Shown here piece after piece: positions 22,079 to 32,511 of a stretch of 64,000 bases of DNA. Below the pieces are notes generated by a model. It made no database searches. It saw nothing but the letters and a program-made list of their open reading frames with translations, and had not been told where the DNA came from. This DNA comes from Naegleria gruberi (taxonomy: Eukaryota), in assembly GCA_000004985.1 (NCBI GenBank), contig GG738852.1; one strand, 5' to 3'. Within the stretch, counting starts at the first letter, position 1, and each line of letters starts with the position of its first letter. A program made the translations under genes and the position numbers.

Positions 22079-24448
22079 ATGCCTCCAGCAACAGCTGTTT
22101 CAGCAAAAACAGAATCTGTGAGGGTCTGTGTCAGATGTAGGCCATTCAACACAAGAGAAACGGAAAGGAAATCCAAAAAATGTGTGGAAATAGATAAAAA
22201 CGCAAACCAGGTTATTTTAACAAAGAATGAAAATGAACCTCCAAAACCTCCATTCACCTTTGATGCTGTTTTTGACATGGAGTAAGTAGTAATTGAAATT
22301 GGCAGAATACTTAATTAAAATAGTGCAACACAGGGTGAAGTCTTTCAAGCAACTGCAAAACCGATCGTTGAGAGCGTCATGGATGGTTATAATGGAACAG
22401 TATTTTGTTATGGTCAAACAGGAAGTGGTACGTACTATTTAATTTAATACACTAATTTACTAATTTAATATTACAGGTAAGACACACACGTAAGTTTCTA
22501 ATAGTGAATTGAGGATTTAAATGAAAACAATAGTATGGAAGGTAAACCTGAACCATTGGAATTGAGAGGTCTTATTTTTAACTCAGTTTGTAGAGTATTT
22601 GAACTTATTGATGATGCACCAAAGAATATCACATACCTTGTAAATATATCAATGATCGAAATTTACAATGAAGAAATCAGAGATTTGCTAGTTCCTAAAT
22701 CTGAAGTTGGAAAAAAGCTCGATTTGAAAGAAACAAAGGACGGTATTACACTCAATGCCTCCTCAGTGTTGGTAAAAGAATTAAAGGAGGTCAATAAGAT
22801 TTTAGCTATCGGTTCTAAAAATAGAGTTAAGGGAGAAACTAATATGAATAAGGACTCAAGTAGATCTCACTCTATTTTCATGATCACAATTGATATGTTG
22901 GACGACACCAAACAAGAGAAGAAAGGTAAATTGAAACAAGGTAAATTGAACTTGGTAGATCTTGCTGGTTCTGAAAGAGCTGAAAAAACAGGTGCCACTG
23001 GTGACAGATTGAAGGAAGGTTGTAAAATTAACTTGTCTCTCAGTGCTCTTGGTAACGTTATTTCAGCTCTCGTTGAAGGTAAAGGAAAACACGTTCCATA
23101 CAGAGATTCCAAACTTACAAGACTTTTACAAGATTCACTTGGTGGTAATACAAAAACTGTAATGGTTGCAAACTTTTCACCAGCAGATTTCAACTATGAA
23201 GAAACTTTGTCCACATTGAGATATGCTGACAGAGCCAAACATATCCAAAACAAACCAAGAATCAATGAAGATCCAAAGGATGCTCTTCTTAGACAATTAC
23301 AAGAACAAATTGAGGCTTTGAGAGCTCAATTAACACAATCACAAGCTGTCTCTGCATCTTCAATGGTGGTGGGAAGCTCAACTACCACTGTTATTGTTAA
23401 CGATGCAAATGACAAACAAATCAACTTATCTTCGGCAGCTGTTAACGAAGAGCAATTACACAAACTCAAAGAAGAAAAGGAAAAGGAGAAACAACAAATT
23501 ATCGAGGCTATGAAGCAAAAATCAGACGAAGAAAAGAAGGGTTTGGTTGAGCAACAAAAGAGAATTGAAGAAGAAAAAGCTAAAATCGAACATGAACTTA
23601 AAATTCGTCATGATGCTCTTGAGCAAGAACGAAAGAATAAGGAAAAGATTCAAAACAAGCTTATGGAGCTCCAATCCAAATTGGTGCATGGTGGTCAGCT
23701 AGAACAAGTCAATGCTGAACAAAGAGAACAAATTTTAAAGCAAAAACAAGAAATTGAAGATAAGGAACGTGTAGCTATGCAATTAAAGAGAGAAATGGAA
23801 GAACAACAAGAAAAGAATATCATGATGGAAGAAAGATACAGCAGTATTCAAGAAGAAGTTCAGGTTAAGACTAAAAAGCTCAAAAAATTGTGGTCCAAGT
23901 TTGAAGCAGCAAAAGCTGAAATTTCGGATCTCCAAAAAGAATTCCAACAAGAAAGAGAAGATTACCTGTATACTATCAGACAACTTGAAAGAGATCTAAA
24001 GTTGAGAATGAAGATTATGGAACATTTCATTCCTCCTGAAGAGGTCAAGAAGATTGAGGAGAGGGCTGTCTGGGTTGATGAAGAAGATGAATGGAAGATT
24101 CAATCAGTTTTTTTGGCTGGTAATCATCAACGAAAAGGAAGACCTATTTCAGCTTCAGGACTAAAGAGAGCTGTAGCTTACTCTGTTATTGGAAACTCTA
24201 ATCCAAGATATAAGAGTGAAAATGTTATAGACCTCTCAATGGAAATGCCAGAAAGAACAACAGAAGACTACCGTTTCGCAAACGAACAACCACAAGTCCA
24301 CACAAGCTATGAATCCCAAGACTCTAACGCATCAATGAGAAAATCGAGACCTTCTTCATCTAATCCAGCTAAAACAAGCAGGCCAAAAACAGATAAATCA
24401 GATTCTGGTCAACCTTTCCCTGCCTCCAGAGGGTTAGTGAGGAAATAA
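22079..24448 (+). CDS. Kinesin-2 family motor subunit (KIF3/KRP85-like); 4 exons 22079..22281, 22324..22427, 22477..22489, 22534..24448
   Basis: The motor domain carries the P-loop [28 protein letters not shown] and [19 protein letters not shown]. The neck [29 protein letters not shown] is the kinesin-2 signature, and a coiled-coil stalk follows. Introns are GTAAGT…ATAG (42 nt), GTACGT…ACAG (49 nt) and GTAAGT…ATAG (44 nt), and the phases close exactly. Confidence 0.85.
22477..22489 (+). other. 13-nt microexon (GTAAGACACACAC) of the kinesin-2 gene encoding part of the P-loop (G-K-T-H-T)
   Basis: This exon is required to obtain the invariant GSGKTHTMEG Walker-A sequence. It is flanked by an AG acceptor (22475-76) and a GTAAGT donor (22490). 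Confidence 0.75.
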
Positions 24449-24490
24449 AGATTTTGTAAATACCTAATAAAATTATAATTAGATTAAAAA

Positions 24491-25747
24491 ATGAAACAAC
24501 TGTTGCTCGCGGTTGCTCTTGTTAAACCTCCCAAAAATATAGCATTTGAATACGATCCAAATCAACATGCAACCTTCTCGGATCTTGCCAAATATTTGAA
24601 TATTGCTTTCGAATTAAAAAGATTGGCATGCATCGGAGTAACCTATGTGGATAATGATAAAGATACAATCACTGTTTCCAGTGATGAAGAATGGGCTCTT
24701 GCTCTAGAAACCTCAACAACATGTGGAAATAACAAATTTGAACTTGTAATGATTACTCGAGTAAAATCCGATGATGAAAGACGAATGGAAAAGGAAAATA
24801 AGAGACAAGAAAAATTAAAAGAAAAACAAACGAAAAAACTGGAAAAGATTCAGCACAAATTGGAAAGAAAAGAAAGAAAAATTATGGACAAGATTAGTAA
24901 ACATCATGTTATGGAAGGTTTTGGAGGATCATCACCAATTGCTCTTGAAGGTACACCTCCTTCTGTTATGGTAGCAAGTCCAATACAGTTGACAAGTGGT
25001 TCTGAACCAAGTGCACCACCTCTTCCTCCAAAGCTTACTAGGAAAGTGGAAAAACTTGCCAAAAAGATGGATAAGATACAAGAACGGCTAGAAGACAAAC
25101 AAGCCAAAATGGTAAAGAGAGAAATGAAACAGAAAGCTCAAACAGAGCACAAAAATATACTCAAAGATGAAAATGAAAAGCTTGCACGAGATGATATTGA
25201 ACTATACGATGCTACCACACAAGAATTTCAACATAATTTGCCTCAGCACATACAGTACATTTACATCGATGCCAATAACATGTTGTACATTACATATGCA
25301 TTGAGAACAATAGTATTATTCAATAAGGACAAGGCTAAGGGAGAAAATCTCTTAATTTACATTGCCAAACTTTTCCAAGGTCATTTACAAGTAATGCTAG
25401 GTAGACCCAATATTCGTTTCCACATTTGCTTTGATTCCTCCACAACAAACAATGGAATGTTGAATGGAGATGACACATTTGTTGTGTCGTCAGCACAGGA
25501 TTTTGGATTTGAAATTGCAGATGATATGCTTGCTGATTTGGCAAACAAACAGAATATTGCTGGGAATGCGGAGAGTTGTTTGTTTGTTACTAGTGATCGT
25601 GGATTGAGAAAGAGACTGAAAGAAATGAATGCTCAATGTGTTGGATCAGGTCAATGGCTCAAATTTTGCTATTTTCACCTGTGTGGAGAAACAGCCAATA
25701 TAGATATAAATCAGTGGATGATGCAATTACAAAGTGAAATGCAATAA
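24491..25747 (+). CDS. PB1-domain protein with a C-terminal NYN/PIN-like (YacP-type) nuclease-like region
   Basis: The N-terminus …CIGVTYVDNDKDTITVSSDEEWALALE… is the PB1 OPCA-like motif. A K/E-rich coiled coil lies in the middle. The C-terminus …IQYIYIDANNMLYI…FVVSSAQDF…CLFVTSDRGLRKRL… resembles NYN domains (inference). Confidence 0.5.
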   Translation: MKQLLLAVALVKPPKNIAFEYDPNQHATFSDLAKYLNIAFELKRLACIGVTYVDNDKDTITVSSDEEWALALETSTTCGNNKFELVMITRVKSDDERRMEKENKRQEKLKEKQTKKLEKIQHKLERKERKIMDKISKHHVMEGFGGSSPIALEGTPPSVMVASPIQLTSGSEPSAPPLPPKLTRKVEKLAKKMDKIQERLEDKQAKMVKREMKQKAQTEHKNILKDENEKLARDDIELYDATTQEFQHNLPQHIQYIYIDANNMLYITYALRTIVLFNKDKAKGENLLIYIAKLFQGHLQVMLGRPNIRFHICFDSSTTNNGMLNGDDTFVVSSAQDFGFEIADDMLADLANKQNIAGNAESCLFVTSDRGLRKRLKEMNAQCVGSGQWLKFCYFHLCGETANIDINQWMMQLQSEMQ

Positions 25748-25751
25748 ATAT

Positions 25752-27017
25752 TTATTTACTTCTTGATTGAGGTCTACTTGGAGGATTATTGACAGGTAAT
25801 TTAGGTGAATTTAGAGTAATGTCTTCAGTTGCCTTAACCTTACTTTCCACTACTGAAACCTTCTCTTCAATTTTGGTCATTACCTCATGTTTCAAATATT
25901 CGGCAATTTCCTTCAAATTTTCATCAGTCAATTTGGGAGCGTTTCTTTCAGCCTTTTCTCTCTCATACCTTTCACGAGCTTCATGTTCGAGACGAATACG
26001 TTCCTGTTCTTCTTCCTCGCGTTTCTTTTGCTCAGCCTCTTCCTTTGCTTTCTTTTCGTCTTCTTTCTTTTGCGTATAGGCAGCTTCTTGAAGCATGGAT
26101 GAAAGAGGATAGACACATTCAAGCATGATTGTATCCACATCCACTTGATAAAGTGATTCCCTTAATGGTTGTTCCTCCTCGAATATATATCTATACAGGT
26201 TGTAGTGTTGAACAACAGTTTTTAAAATGAAATCAATAATGACTGCAACGTCATCAATATTGAATAAAGGGATCTTGCTTCTATATTCATCTTTTCTTTG
26301 TTTTTCAACTCTAGCTCTTTCAATGGCTTGTTGTTGCTCCTCCTCTTGTCTTCTCTTTTCTTCTTCTTCCTCTTCTTTTGAGAGTTGTTTTTTCTTTGTT
26401 GAGGCTGATGAGGAAGGTTTCTTTTTCTTATCCTTTTCTTGTTTGGATTTTTCCTCTTCCAACCTTTTTTCTTCATCTATAATTTGCTTTTCAATTTCGA
26501 CCAATGTCTCTTCTGAAAGAGGCTTGCTCATTTCAAATAATGTTGTCCTTGCAAATTCTTGCATTTCAACTTCTGTTGGAAATTGAGGAGAATTATTTTC
26601 AGATTGGAGTATTCCTTTCCTTAATATTTCCAATAATTTTACAAGCTCCAATGTTTGTCTTGTTGAAAATGAATGCTCCTTACAAAATGCAATAATATTA
26701 CAAAACCAATCCAACAATATTGATGATCTTAATTTTACAAGATAATCCGTAACTCCCAACGCTTTACTAAAATGTTCCAACAAATCCACTTCATTCATTT
26801 CCAAACAACCATTAATAAACATGTAATCTGATAGTGGTACAAAATTAGGTATGACAATATCCTTTTCAAAGTGAGAAATCATCTCCTCTCGACTTGTAAA
26901 CCCTCCCATTGCCACATTTTGTTGACTATTTCCTCTCACTGTATGTGGTGCAATATTCTTAGTAGGCGATAGCAAGGATGTTACGCTCGATCGGGTACTC
27001 TTAGCTGATTGAGACAT
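25752..27017 (-). CDS. Conserved-looking coiled-coil protein with E/K/R-rich charged repeats (possibly ciliary), unknown
   Basis: The 421-aa ORF has a structured N-terminal ~140 aa, then EEEKSKQEKDKKKK…EEEEQERIRLEHEARERYEREKAER charged helices. Confidence 0.5.
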   Translation of the reverse strand: MSQSAKSTRSSVTSLLSPTKNIAPHTVRGNSQQNVAMGGFTSREEMISHFEKDIVIPNFVPLSDYMFINGCLEMNEVDLLEHFSKALGVTDYLVKLRSSILLDWFCNIIAFCKEHSFSTRQTLELVKLLEILRKGILQSENNSPQFPTEVEMQEFARTTLFEMSKPLSEETLVEIEKQIIDEEKRLEEEKSKQEKDKKKKPSSSASTKKKQLSKEEEEEEKRRQEEEQQQAIERARVEKQRKDEYRSKIPLFNIDDVAVIIDFILKTVVQHYNLYRYIFEEEQPLRESLYQVDVDTIMLECVYPLSSMLQEAAYTQKKEDEKKAKEEAEQKKREEEEQERIRLEHEARERYEREKAERNAPKLTDENLKEIAEYLKHEVMTKIEEKVSVVESKVKATEDITLNSPKLPVNNPPSRPQSRSK

Positions 27018-27162
27018 TTTTTTGTAGTTTTGCTTGGCGCCAAAAACTAAAATTAGTGTTTGTCATGAAATAAGAATATTGGTGGCCATCTATCAAACTT
27101 TCAGCAGATCGCACACCTTCAAGGAATGGATATTAAAAAATTGAATTAAAATCAAATTCTGA

Positions 27163-28290
27163 ATGTCTGCATCGGAATTGAAAAATTCTCATCACAGAAG
27201 GGATGAATCTCCTCCTTTCATTCGAATTTCAACCACACCTCCCTCACCTAACACTGCTGCTGCGGCCTATAATAATATTTTGAATCGTTCCAATTCCTCC
27301 AATAATAATAATAATCAAAATTCTAATAATGCAAGTGGTAATATTGGAGGTGAATTTGATGTTAATCATTTACACTCTCCTGAAGATCTACAACCAAAAC
27401 GGATACCTCAGGAGCATCACTTTAGAATAGATTCCAAGACGAGAAATTTACACCATCAATCGAGAGTATTTAGTCCATTAATTCCTCCAGTTTTTAGAGA
27501 GGTTTCATCATGGTCTTCGTTTATTATTCAAGCCATGTTTGGATTAGTTTCAGCATGGTTGATAGTTGATTGGATTTTATTTCCATCCTCTATGAGAGGA
27601 TATGAAAATTCGAAAGAATCTAATTTAGAACACACAACAGAGGAAGAAGAGACAAAATTGCTTCTCAGAAAATCTTTCGAATGGGTCATAATTTTTCATG
27701 TACTGATTGAAAGTTTATTGAATTGTTTAATGCCCACTCTATTAAGGTTTACACTTGCTGAGCATACATTCAGAAATTTGAAGAGCAACATTGTAAACAC
27801 GAATCAATTTTTGAGTTTTCAATACCCAAGGACAATTATACAAATTTTTCTTCGTCCATTTTGGATATTCTACTGTTTGTTGGCGATGCCAGTGGAAAGT
27901 GGAAGCCTATTAAGGATGATTGTATTTCTAATTGCATCTATCGTGGGATTTTATGATGTGCAACAGTTTTCAAGATCGGTCCTCTATCTTCAATACAAAT
28001 CGGACGAGATTTCCAAGTTTATTTATGTGGATGTTGAATATAAGGAGAATTGCAAAGAATCACCACTAAAATCAACATTAATTTTGACAACTTTACTGCC
28101 ATTACTCTTGATTGTACAAGTTTTGAGTTTACTTTCCATTAAGAATATTATAATATTTGGATTTTCTTGTGTTGCATTTATTGGTGTAGATAATTCTAAA
28201 AGTTGGCCAGAGGCTATTAGGTACAATATCAGATATCTTGCATATGGTATTTCTCAAATTGGATTGATTTGGGCTATACACCAACTCTAA
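27163..28290 (+). CDS. Multi-pass membrane protein with an N-rich N-terminus, unknown
   Basis: The 375-aa ORF has at least 5 hydrophobic helices (e.g. AMFGLVSAWLIVDWILF, IVFLIASIVGFY, LILTTLLPLLLIVQVLSLLSI). Confidence 0.45.
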   Translation: MSASELKNSHHRRDESPPFIRISTTPPSPNTAAAAYNNILNRSNSSNNNNNQNSNNASGNIGGEFDVNHLHSPEDLQPKRIPQEHHFRIDSKTRNLHHQSRVFSPLIPPVFREVSSWSSFIIQAMFGLVSAWLIVDWILFPSSMRGYENSKESNLEHTTEEEETKLLLRKSFEWVIIFHVLIESLLNCLMPTLLRFTLAEHTFRNLKSNIVNTNQFLSFQYPRTIIQIFLRPFWIFYCLLAMPVESGSLLRMIVFLIASIVGFYDVQQFSRSVLYLQYKSDEISKFIYVDVEYKENCKESPLKSTLILTTLLPLLLIVQVLSLLSIKNIIIFGFSCVAFIGVDNSKSWPEAIRYNIRYLAYGISQIGLIWAIHQL

Positions 28291-28502
28291 ACCCTACTCA
28301 TACATATGTGATCTTATACACAGCTATAATTGGCCATATGCGTTAAAATATCCTCATTTAACACTGAAATAACAAATTGCTATTACGCTGCAATATTTGC
28401 CTATGTAAATTTTGTTCCTATTAACAGACCACTTTTTTACAGTCGGTATCTTATGTTAATTATCAATATTTGGAGGCTTTTCTTTAATGAGAACTTGCAT
28501 GT

Positions 28503-29570
28503 TTATTTCACTCGAATCATTTGCTTGGATGGTTCATCCAATTCCTTAGACTTGAGACGATTTGGAGTAGAATGCATTTGTATTTTTTGGAAGAGAGGAG
28601 GTAAACTGGCCTGTGACATCATGATGGCAGCACTCGATGCTGCCTGTTTCTTTTTCAATTCCAAAGTCTTTTTCTTTTTCTCTCTCTTTTCTCTTTTAGC
28701 CAATCTCATTTCACTATCTATTGATCGAATGGTGAGAGAGTTTGATGGACTCATATATTCATGAGGGGAAGCTGGAGGTGTCACAAGAATTTGCAATTCA
28801 TCCATGTCTTTTGATTCACTCACAAAACATGTAATGGAGTTTCGTTTAGAAACTTGTCTAGTATCAGAATTGATTGAATCAATTGGGACAGATTGTGACC
28901 TAGATCTAAAATTTTCCACACTCTCAACTCTTCGTATTGGTATAGATGGAGAAGGTACTGGATTGAATGAAGAAAAATCAGTTGTAGATGTACAGTGATG
29001 AGAAGGAGATACTTGATTTCCTTTTGGAGGTGGTGGAGTGGTTTGTGCTGATGAATTTTTCAGTACACTAGTCAGTAAGCTTGGTCTTTGTCGAGGAGGT
29101 GTTGAAAATAATAGTGGAGATGAATTGGAATGTGTTGGTGAGGGTGGGGAATCTTGCCTGTGCAATTTTTGATAGCTGGTGCTTTTTTTAGGAGGTGGTG
29201 AATTGGTGTTAGCCTCTTCCCGGTTGTTGGATGATGTGCTATCCATCACTAAGGATCGAGTCTTTTTGAGAGAACCTCTCCTACTTCCCAAAGATCCATT
29301 ATAATTGCTCGAGTAGAACCACACAGGAAGCTCCCTATCGAACATGTATTCGCTGCTCGTATAGAGAACCTCATCTGCATTATCATCCTCTTCATCGGGC
29401 ACTGTACTATTAGGAGGAGGAAGAGGTGTAAATGATTTCCTTAAAGAATTATTGGATGATTTTGGAGAGGATTGTTGGGAAACCATTGTTGATTGGGAAT
29501 TAGTCGATGACATTTGGTATTTATCTGCTTGGGATGACCCTTTGTTCATTACAGAATTTGAGCCGCCCAT
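28503..29570 (-). CDS. S/P/T-rich low-complexity protein with an N-terminal Met-Gly (possible N-myristoylation) start
   Basis: The 355-aa ORF begins MGGSNSVMNKGSS and has a C-terminal basic coiled patch (RLAKREKREKKKKTLELKKK). Confidence 0.45.
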   Translation of the reverse strand: MGGSNSVMNKGSSQADKYQMSSTNSQSTMVSQQSSPKSSNNSLRKSFTPLPPPNSTVPDEEDDNADEVLYTSSEYMFDRELPVWFYSSNYNGSLGSRRGSLKKTRSLVMDSTSSNNREEANTNSPPPKKSTSYQKLHRQDSPPSPTHSNSSPLLFSTPPRQRPSLLTSVLKNSSAQTTPPPPKGNQVSPSHHCTSTTDFSSFNPVPSPSIPIRRVESVENFRSRSQSVPIDSINSDTRQVSKRNSITCFVSESKDMDELQILVTPPASPHEYMSPSNSLTIRSIDSEMRLAKREKREKKKKTLELKKKQAASSAAIMMSQASLPPLFQKIQMHSTPNRLKSKELDEPSKQMIRVK

Positions 29571-31133
29571 ATTTCTTAAGGATTGTTGAGAAGGTATTAT
29601 TTAGTAGCGTAGTAGCAGTTGTGAAATAATGTTATAACATGTATGTGTAGAGTTATGAATGTGAAACACACAAATAATTAGTATTGATATCAATCTTAAA
29701 CAAAGCTCCGTTTCCTACCAAAATAGATCAGCCATTCAGTGGTTAGGTTAATTGCCTTAGTGACTGTTGCTAATGGTCGCACAGTATGTGATTGTCGTGA
29801 GCTAGTATTAGGTGGGGCAGTGTTATCTTGCCAATCAATGTTGTTGCAATCTTTTTGTTTTTTCTCCTCTTGGATAGCTGTATCTTCCCAAATAAAAATG
29901 TTGGGTTTTACTGTACTGTAATCAAAAGTTTTTCAATCGTCCGCTCAACATCGCTCACCACGCAACAAAGTTTGAGGCATGATATCGATGCCTGTTGTTT
30001 GGGTGCCTTATTAAATACTTTGAACAAACAGAAATCCATTTTAGGTTGTTTAAATATGCCATTTGTTAAGGAGATCAGAGTGTTAAGAATAAGATGAACA
30101 AGTGAAAATACAATTGTCCTCAGAAAATACCGTTGATACTTTGATCATTGTCATCAAAAATCTGAAAACATTGAGGAATATTGAGGAAGACGATATTAAG
30201 GACCTGTATGAATGGAATGATGAAGGTAATCATCTTTACTGTTATCCTATTTGGGCAAGGTTTACCAATTCTTACAATGGTCCTTTGGTAAACTAAGGAT
30301 GCTTATTCCAAAAATTTTGAGTCATGTTCATGACCAAACAGCCAGTTTCAGCGACATTGTTATGTGGTCTCTACTACGTACCTAAAAAGGACATATACTA
30401 TAATGCTGCTTATGCAGTGTGCTGATGGATTTATACAATGTATAAGATGATCTTGGTTATGGACTTGGGTCGACCTTGTTAATGAGTAACCCTGGTAATT
30501 TTACAGACCAGGAGTAAGTTTACTAGTTGGAATGGATTTTTATGCTGCATAGTATCGCTAAACCTTTTCCAATAATCATTGCAACACTTAATAAATATAA
30601 ATTAGTAAAATAAGTGTTATTTAGCATGCGCTGCAGACAGTTCTTTACAAGAATACACTATTTTCTAAACATTGAATCTGTCCTACTGAACGATTTCAAA
30701 TAATTAAAAGTTGAACAGTTATTGAGATTAGCTCACTTTCTCAAAATTTCTTTCGAACAGTATTCTTCTTTATTAGATCCATTTCAATAGTTTATGAATT
30801 ATCCATTCTTTCTCACAAATACACATTCTATTATCCAGTTACCAAAACCTTTCTCAATAGATCGCATTCAAATGTCGTTCCTTTTATCTAAAGTCTTGAC
30901 AATCGTCCTCAAATGTATGAATTGGAACGTTCTAAGAGGAGACGTTATTTTTAAAGGGCCGAACTGATTTTTCTTCGTTTTTCTGTTGCCGTCTTCTAAT
31001 TCATTTTTAAAAAATTCATCATCCTATTCTACCGCGCCTCTTTCTTTGCCACCACAACAAGAAAAACGATTTTTGATTTTGGTATTGACAAGAAATTTTA
31101 ATAATAGGGAAGAGTTTTTGAAGAATATATATA

Positions 31134-32396
31134 ATGCCAGAAGAAGTTAAAAAGTCTAAAAAGCCAAGAGGTTTGTTTTATTTATATTGTTGTGATGATT
31201 CTAAAGAGAATATTTAAATCGTTAATACGCTGCTGAAATTGATGACCACATCATAATATTATTATTAATTTGGATGGAATTTTGATTATTATTTTGCGGA
31301 AAATCTACACCAATGTTTGCCCATCAATTACTTCTTATCAAATTATTGATACAATTAATTACTTACTACAACAACAAATTATCGAAAAACAATAGATTTG
31401 GCTTTTACTCAACAAAAGTTACCAGCTTGGCAACCAATCCTTTCACCTCCTTGGGTGATTATGTGTTTTGTTGTCATTACTATTGTTTTTATTCCAATAG
31501 GTGTGGCAATTCTCGTAACTACACAAAACGTACAAGAATATAGAGAAAGATACGACCAAGATTGTACTCTTGACTATACACCATCAAATCTTCCAGGTAG
31601 AGGACCATATTGTGAAAGTGTAACATCTATCACTGTTACTAAGAGAATGGAACCACCAATTTATATGTATTATAGTTTGGAAAACTTTTATCAAAACCAT
31701 CGTCGTTATACTCAATCACGTTCGGATTCTCAATTAGCTGGTGACAATACGATAACACCAACAAGTGCCAACTCTGATTGTTATCCTATTGTCTTTTATG
31801 GTCCAGATCAAGCTAACTTGACTGGTCTTTCTACAAATGCCAACATGACTTATAGTCCTTGTGGTTTGATTGCTTGGAGTATGTTCAACGATACTATCAG
31901 TTTGTATGGTCCAAATAATTCTTTGGTTTGTGATGGTCTTCGTCACTCTGAAGTTTCAAATTGTACCAAGAAGGGTATTGCTTGGTCTTCTGATGTTGAC
32001 ATTAAATTCAGACCACCAAAGAGTCCAGTTTTTAACAGAATTACTCCAACTGAATATTATGGTGAACCAGGTCACTTGTTACCTTCTGTCACTGATGAAG
32101 ATTTCATTGTTTGGATGAGAACTGCTGCTCTCCCAACATTCCGTAAATTATATCGTATCATTAATGTTCCTCTTGAGGCTGGTACTTATTCATTCAAGAT
32201 TCAACAACGTTTCAATGTTTCTACATTTGAAGGAAAGAAGTATGTTGTCATTACAAACAACAGTTGGATTGGTGGACGTAATATGTTCTTGGCTATTGCT
32301 TATTTGGTTGTTGGTGGATTAAGCTTTATTTTGGCTTGTATCTTTGCCATTGGTGCTATTATTCAAAAGATTAGACACAAACAAACTAGTGCTTAA
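31134..32396 (+). CDS. CDC50: CDC50/LEM3 (TMEM30) family, P4-ATPase flippase beta-subunit; 2 exons 31134..31170, 31396..32396
   Basis: Exon 2 gives …AFTQQKLPAWQPILSPPWVIMCFVVITIVFIPIGVAIL… (the family N-terminal motif plus TM1), a large ectodomain with conserved Cys, and a C-terminal TM. An in-frame N-terminus MPEEVKKSKKPR is supplied by a 37-nt exon joined through a 225-nt intron (GTTTGT donor, phase 1), giving KPRDLAFTQQKLPAWQP. Confidence 0.75.
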
Positions 32397-32511
32397 ATTA
32401 AATAATATTTCTTTATTTTTATTGGTGACATTTTGGTTGACTAAGGAAATTTCCCTCCAAAATATTTACATTGATCGTTTTTAAAATGTGTTAAACTAAA
32501 GTGATTGTTGT

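Noticed and set aside
28330-28764. 144-aa plus-strand ORF overlapping the 3' end of the minus-strand S/P-rich gene
   Set aside because: It is antisense to a stronger ORF with an atypical composition (F/L/I-rich from poly-A/T codons). It is a typical shadow ORF.
31313-31543. 76-codon ORF inside the CDC50 intron/5' region
   Set aside because: It overlaps the start of exon 2 out of frame and lies within the modelled intron, so it is likely non-coding.
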